10,943 nt of DNA, taken from NCBI GenBank assembly GCA_024704765.1, contig JAKMXF010000143.1, positions 22,998 to 33,940 on the forward strand. The letters are read 5' to 3'. The stretch comes from Oopsacas minuta (Eukaryota > Animalia > Porifera). The position numbers and the translations under genes were made by a program. Shown piece by piece: positions 8,686-10,943 of the stretch. Each line of letters begins with the position of its first letter. Position 1 is the stretch's first letter. Below the pieces are notes generated by a model. It did not search any database. It was given only the letters and a program-made list of their open reading frames with translations, and had not been told where the DNA came from.

Positions 8686-8789
8686 CAGAGGCGTAGCCAC
8701 TGTGCGGCACATGTTGCACCGAATTTGCTTGCACCCACCAAAAGTTTTCATTGAAATGTATTACGCGTGCGGCCCGAGCTACGCCTCTG
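8686..8789. mobile_element. 104-bp hAT-type MITE
   Basis: Perfect 12-bp TIRs CAGAGGCGTAGC / GCTACGCCTCTG. Flanks TTTGTAAG and GTTGTAAT match at 6/8, consistent with a decayed 8-bp TSD. GC-rich relative to its flanks. Confidence 0.8.
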
Positions 8790-8939
8790 GTTGTAATTCC
8801 TGTATTATGAAGTATTATCTTATAAATGAAAATGTTTTCCAGTAAATAATATCATTTGTTATCCGAAAGAGGAGATGGGTACCATACCCAAAGGAACTAT
8901 AATAATAACTGTTACAACCTTAAACAACAACAAAAACAA

Positions 8940-9320
8940 TTAATAACTATAACAACGTAGATGATGGTATTCATTTATTAACTCCGGAGATAAACCTCTG
9001 ATTGCAATGTACTCTGAGACATTAGAAAAGCGTAACCCTGTTGGAGAATCGCGATAGCTAGAATGAAAACCAGAAATATCTGAAAAGTCCATAATAACTG
9101 TCATATTCGGTGGGGCATCCAAGTCATAATATTGAAAATCCTCGTAATATAAAGGTAGTGAATGTTGAAATGAACACTGGATATTGATTTTATTCGAAGA
9201 GTTTATGACCTTAAATTCACAAGGATATCTCTGAAGGAAAACATGTGAAAGCAATAAGTTAGAGCACACTTTCGATATTAGATAAAAAGGATAAGAAATG
9301 GAAGGAAATAATTGACTCAT
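8940..9320 (-). CDS. Hypothetical 126-aa orphan protein (possible secreted/surface glycoprotein or exon fragment)
   Basis: The longest ORF in the window that does not overlap a recognised transposon. Mildly hydrophobic N-terminus, four Cys and three N-x-S/T sequons (NSS, NMT, NVS). No recognisable domain. Confidence 0.4.
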   Translation of the reverse strand: MSQLFPSISYPFYLISKVCSNLLLSHVFLQRYPCEFKVINSSNKINIQCSFQHSLPLYYEDFQYYDLDAPPNMTVIMDFSDISGFHSSYRDSPTGLRFSNVSEYIAIRGLSPELINEYHHLRCYSY

Positions 9321-9550
9321 CAGGATATTACAGCAGATGCCTGATCAGCTGTAATTCAGACAATGTGTATAATCAAATGAGGCAATATTATAAGGAAATA
9401 CACACATAAAAACCGTTAGAATACAAAATGACCAAGAAAAATAAGGTGCAGTCAAGAATTTGAATTACTTCAAATCTTTGTATTAAAGTTGGGAGCAGTG
9501 GAAATCGGTGATTCCTAACTTAAAACCGTATTAATTCGGTCAGTTCTGAA

Positions 9551-9813
9551 CATAGGCGTAGACAGGCCCGGGCATACACAGGCAATGCCTGGGTCAATAT
9601 TTCTCAATTGACCAAAAATGTATTATGATGTATTCATACAAGAAATCCAGTTTATATGTATTTATGTATAATTATGTGAATACTAAAGATAAGAATGACT
9701 ATACATAGATATTAGAAATATTGCATTGAATTGTTAGTTATCAGAATCCATCATTTGGGGTGTTGCTATTTGGAATGCATATATTTATTACCGGGCCTGC
9801 CTAATCTCCTACT
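9551..9813. mobile_element. Possible degenerate MITE
   Basis: The left end CATAGGCGTAGA resembles the 8686 MITE terminus (10/12). TAGACAGGCCCGG (9559-9571) and CCGGGCCTGCCTA (9791-9803) form a 12/13 inverted pair. No TSD identified. Confidence 0.4.
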
Positions 9814-10125
9814 TTGCATAAGGGGAATCATAATTCTCCCGCTCTCAAAACAAGCCCCACAAATCTCTTGCAGTCCCAAAATATTTATTTCGAAAAAACT
9901 TGACATGAAATTCGGATAATTTTGCTACTCAAATATTTTAGTAAATTGAATGGAGTTCAACAGAGAATAGTGAATATTTGTGTTCACGAATAACATTCAC
10001 CTACAGTCTTGAAATTTGTAGCTACATTGTTGAAATAGATTTAGAAATTGTACCAGTTTTATCCCGTTATCATAAATCTCAAGGTTGTGTATGATTAGTA
10101 CTCCCGCCGAATTTGAAGAAGGTAA

Positions 10126-10167
10126 TATCCAAAAAGGTATTTAGAAGGGACAATACCTTTTGGGATA
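10126..10167. repeat. Hairpin-forming inverted repeat (16-bp arms, 1 mismatch, 10-nt loop)
   Basis: TATCCAAAAAGGTATT-TAGAAGGGAC-AATACCTTTTGGGATA. Confidence 0.85.
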
Positions 10168-10229
10168 GCTTAAGCAATAAGGAAACTGAAAATTGTGTTT
10201 ACAAATATTATTTCCATTTTGGGGAATTA

Positions 10230-10943
10230 CACTGCTCAACAAAAATTTTGTTGCATTTCTACCAGCACTTGTTTTTACATAATTTTGGGGCGCTGAATCC
10301 GAATCCGACCTTAGTTTTTTGCCGCAACTCTAGATTTTTAATTTTTTTGCACAAAATTCAAATTTTTTGAAAATGTGACATGATTTGTCAAATGATGTTC
10401 TGCTTACAGTTGGATAACTAGCCTCAAAACAAGAATAGGTGCCAAAATACTTTTATGTTGCCAATAGAAATTGTATTTGTAGACAGATAGGCAACAAATG
10501 TTTAAAAAAGTGTAAAAAACAACAGTTTTGCTGATAATATGTATATAAAAATTGATTTTTTGTTTTTTCGCAAAATAACATAGAAAAGAACGATGGCAAT
10601 CTACAATAGTAACTTAAAGCGATCAGTGACAAGATGCAAAAGATTCAAATATTCTACAACTGTGGACAAAATTTCCTCCTATAACTTCTGCGTTTGTACA
10701 CTTTGTGAGGACTTTCACGTTTAATGCCCCAACAATAGTCTGCCATCATATGTCGATCCCATCGACCTTGGTAGCGTTCTTCCACTGTCATAAGGTCCTG
10801 GTGGAAACGCTCTCCCTGTTCGTCACTGACAGCCCCAAGGTTTCCAGGGAATTTGTCCAGGTGGCTGTACAGAAAATGTACTTTTATGCTCATGTTGCAT
10901 CCTAAATCACGAAACCCTGAGAGCATCTTGGATACAAGCATTT
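10230..10943 (-). mobile_element. 3' end of a probable Chapaev3 (CMC group) DNA transposon, continuing beyond the window
   Basis: A terminus CACTGCTCAACAAAAATTTTGTTGC starts at 10230 (preceded by TTA), followed by a non-coding subterminal region containing GCTGAATCCGAATCCG and then the transposase C-terminus. The family assignment is from recalled motif similarity. Confidence 0.65.
10654..10943 (-). CDS. C-terminal part of a CMC/Chapaev3-type transposase (5' part outside the window)
   Basis: Stop-free frame running to the window edge: LGCNMSIKVHFLYSHLDKFPGNLGAVSDEQGERFHQDLMTVEERYQGRW...MMADYCW. It contains the H-x4-H signature and the conserved SDExGERFHQD block that carries the presumed catalytic Glu. 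Confidence 0.8.
   Translation of the reverse strand, partial: MLVSKMLSGFRDLGCNMSIKVHFLYSHLDKFPGNLGAVSDEQGERFHQDLMTVEERYQGRWDRHMMADYCWGIKRESPHKVYKRRSYRRKFCPQL

Noticed and set aside
9327-9355. 11/12-bp hairpin just upstream of the 9320 ATG as a Helitron 3' end
   Set aside because: No CTRR terminus at the expected distance on either strand.
8272-10905. ORFs 8272-8472, 9731-9919, 10113-10370 and 10705-10905
   Set aside because: Short, mostly with non-ATG starts, and they either cross element boundaries or are antisense to the Chapaev3-type transposase.
1-10943. CRISPR arrays, tRNA/rRNA genes, retroelement ORFs, prokaryotic operons
   Set aside because: No regularly spaced repeat-spacer array, cloverleaf, rRNA-like segment, RT/gag/integrase motif or operon-like gene density was seen.

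Overview
AT-rich eukaryotic DNA with no prokaryotic features. The window is a dense cluster of decayed cut-and-paste DNA transposons. From left to right: (1) a disrupted Tc1-type DD34E element with its right TIR (1-1328); (2) a heavily decayed P-element/THAP9-type transposase on the minus strand (~1510-3290); (3) a frameshifted MULE-like ORF (3547-4283); (4) a disrupted Merlin/ISXO2-like transposase (~4460-5040); (5) a 1206-bp foldback element (5268-6473) with ~450-bp imperfect inverted arms, CAT...ATG termini and a perfect 7-bp TSD (CCTAACC), carrying a nested 129-bp hAT-type MITE with an 8-bp TSD; (6) further MITEs, an orphan 126-aa ORF, and the right end of a probable Chapaev3 (CMC) element (10230 to window end). 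The most notable observation is that removing the foldback element and one TSD copy joins two short minus-strand ORFs into one stop-free 144-codon frame of unknown identity. Family assignments rest on recognised motifs only; no database search was possible, so novelty and host identity are unverified.
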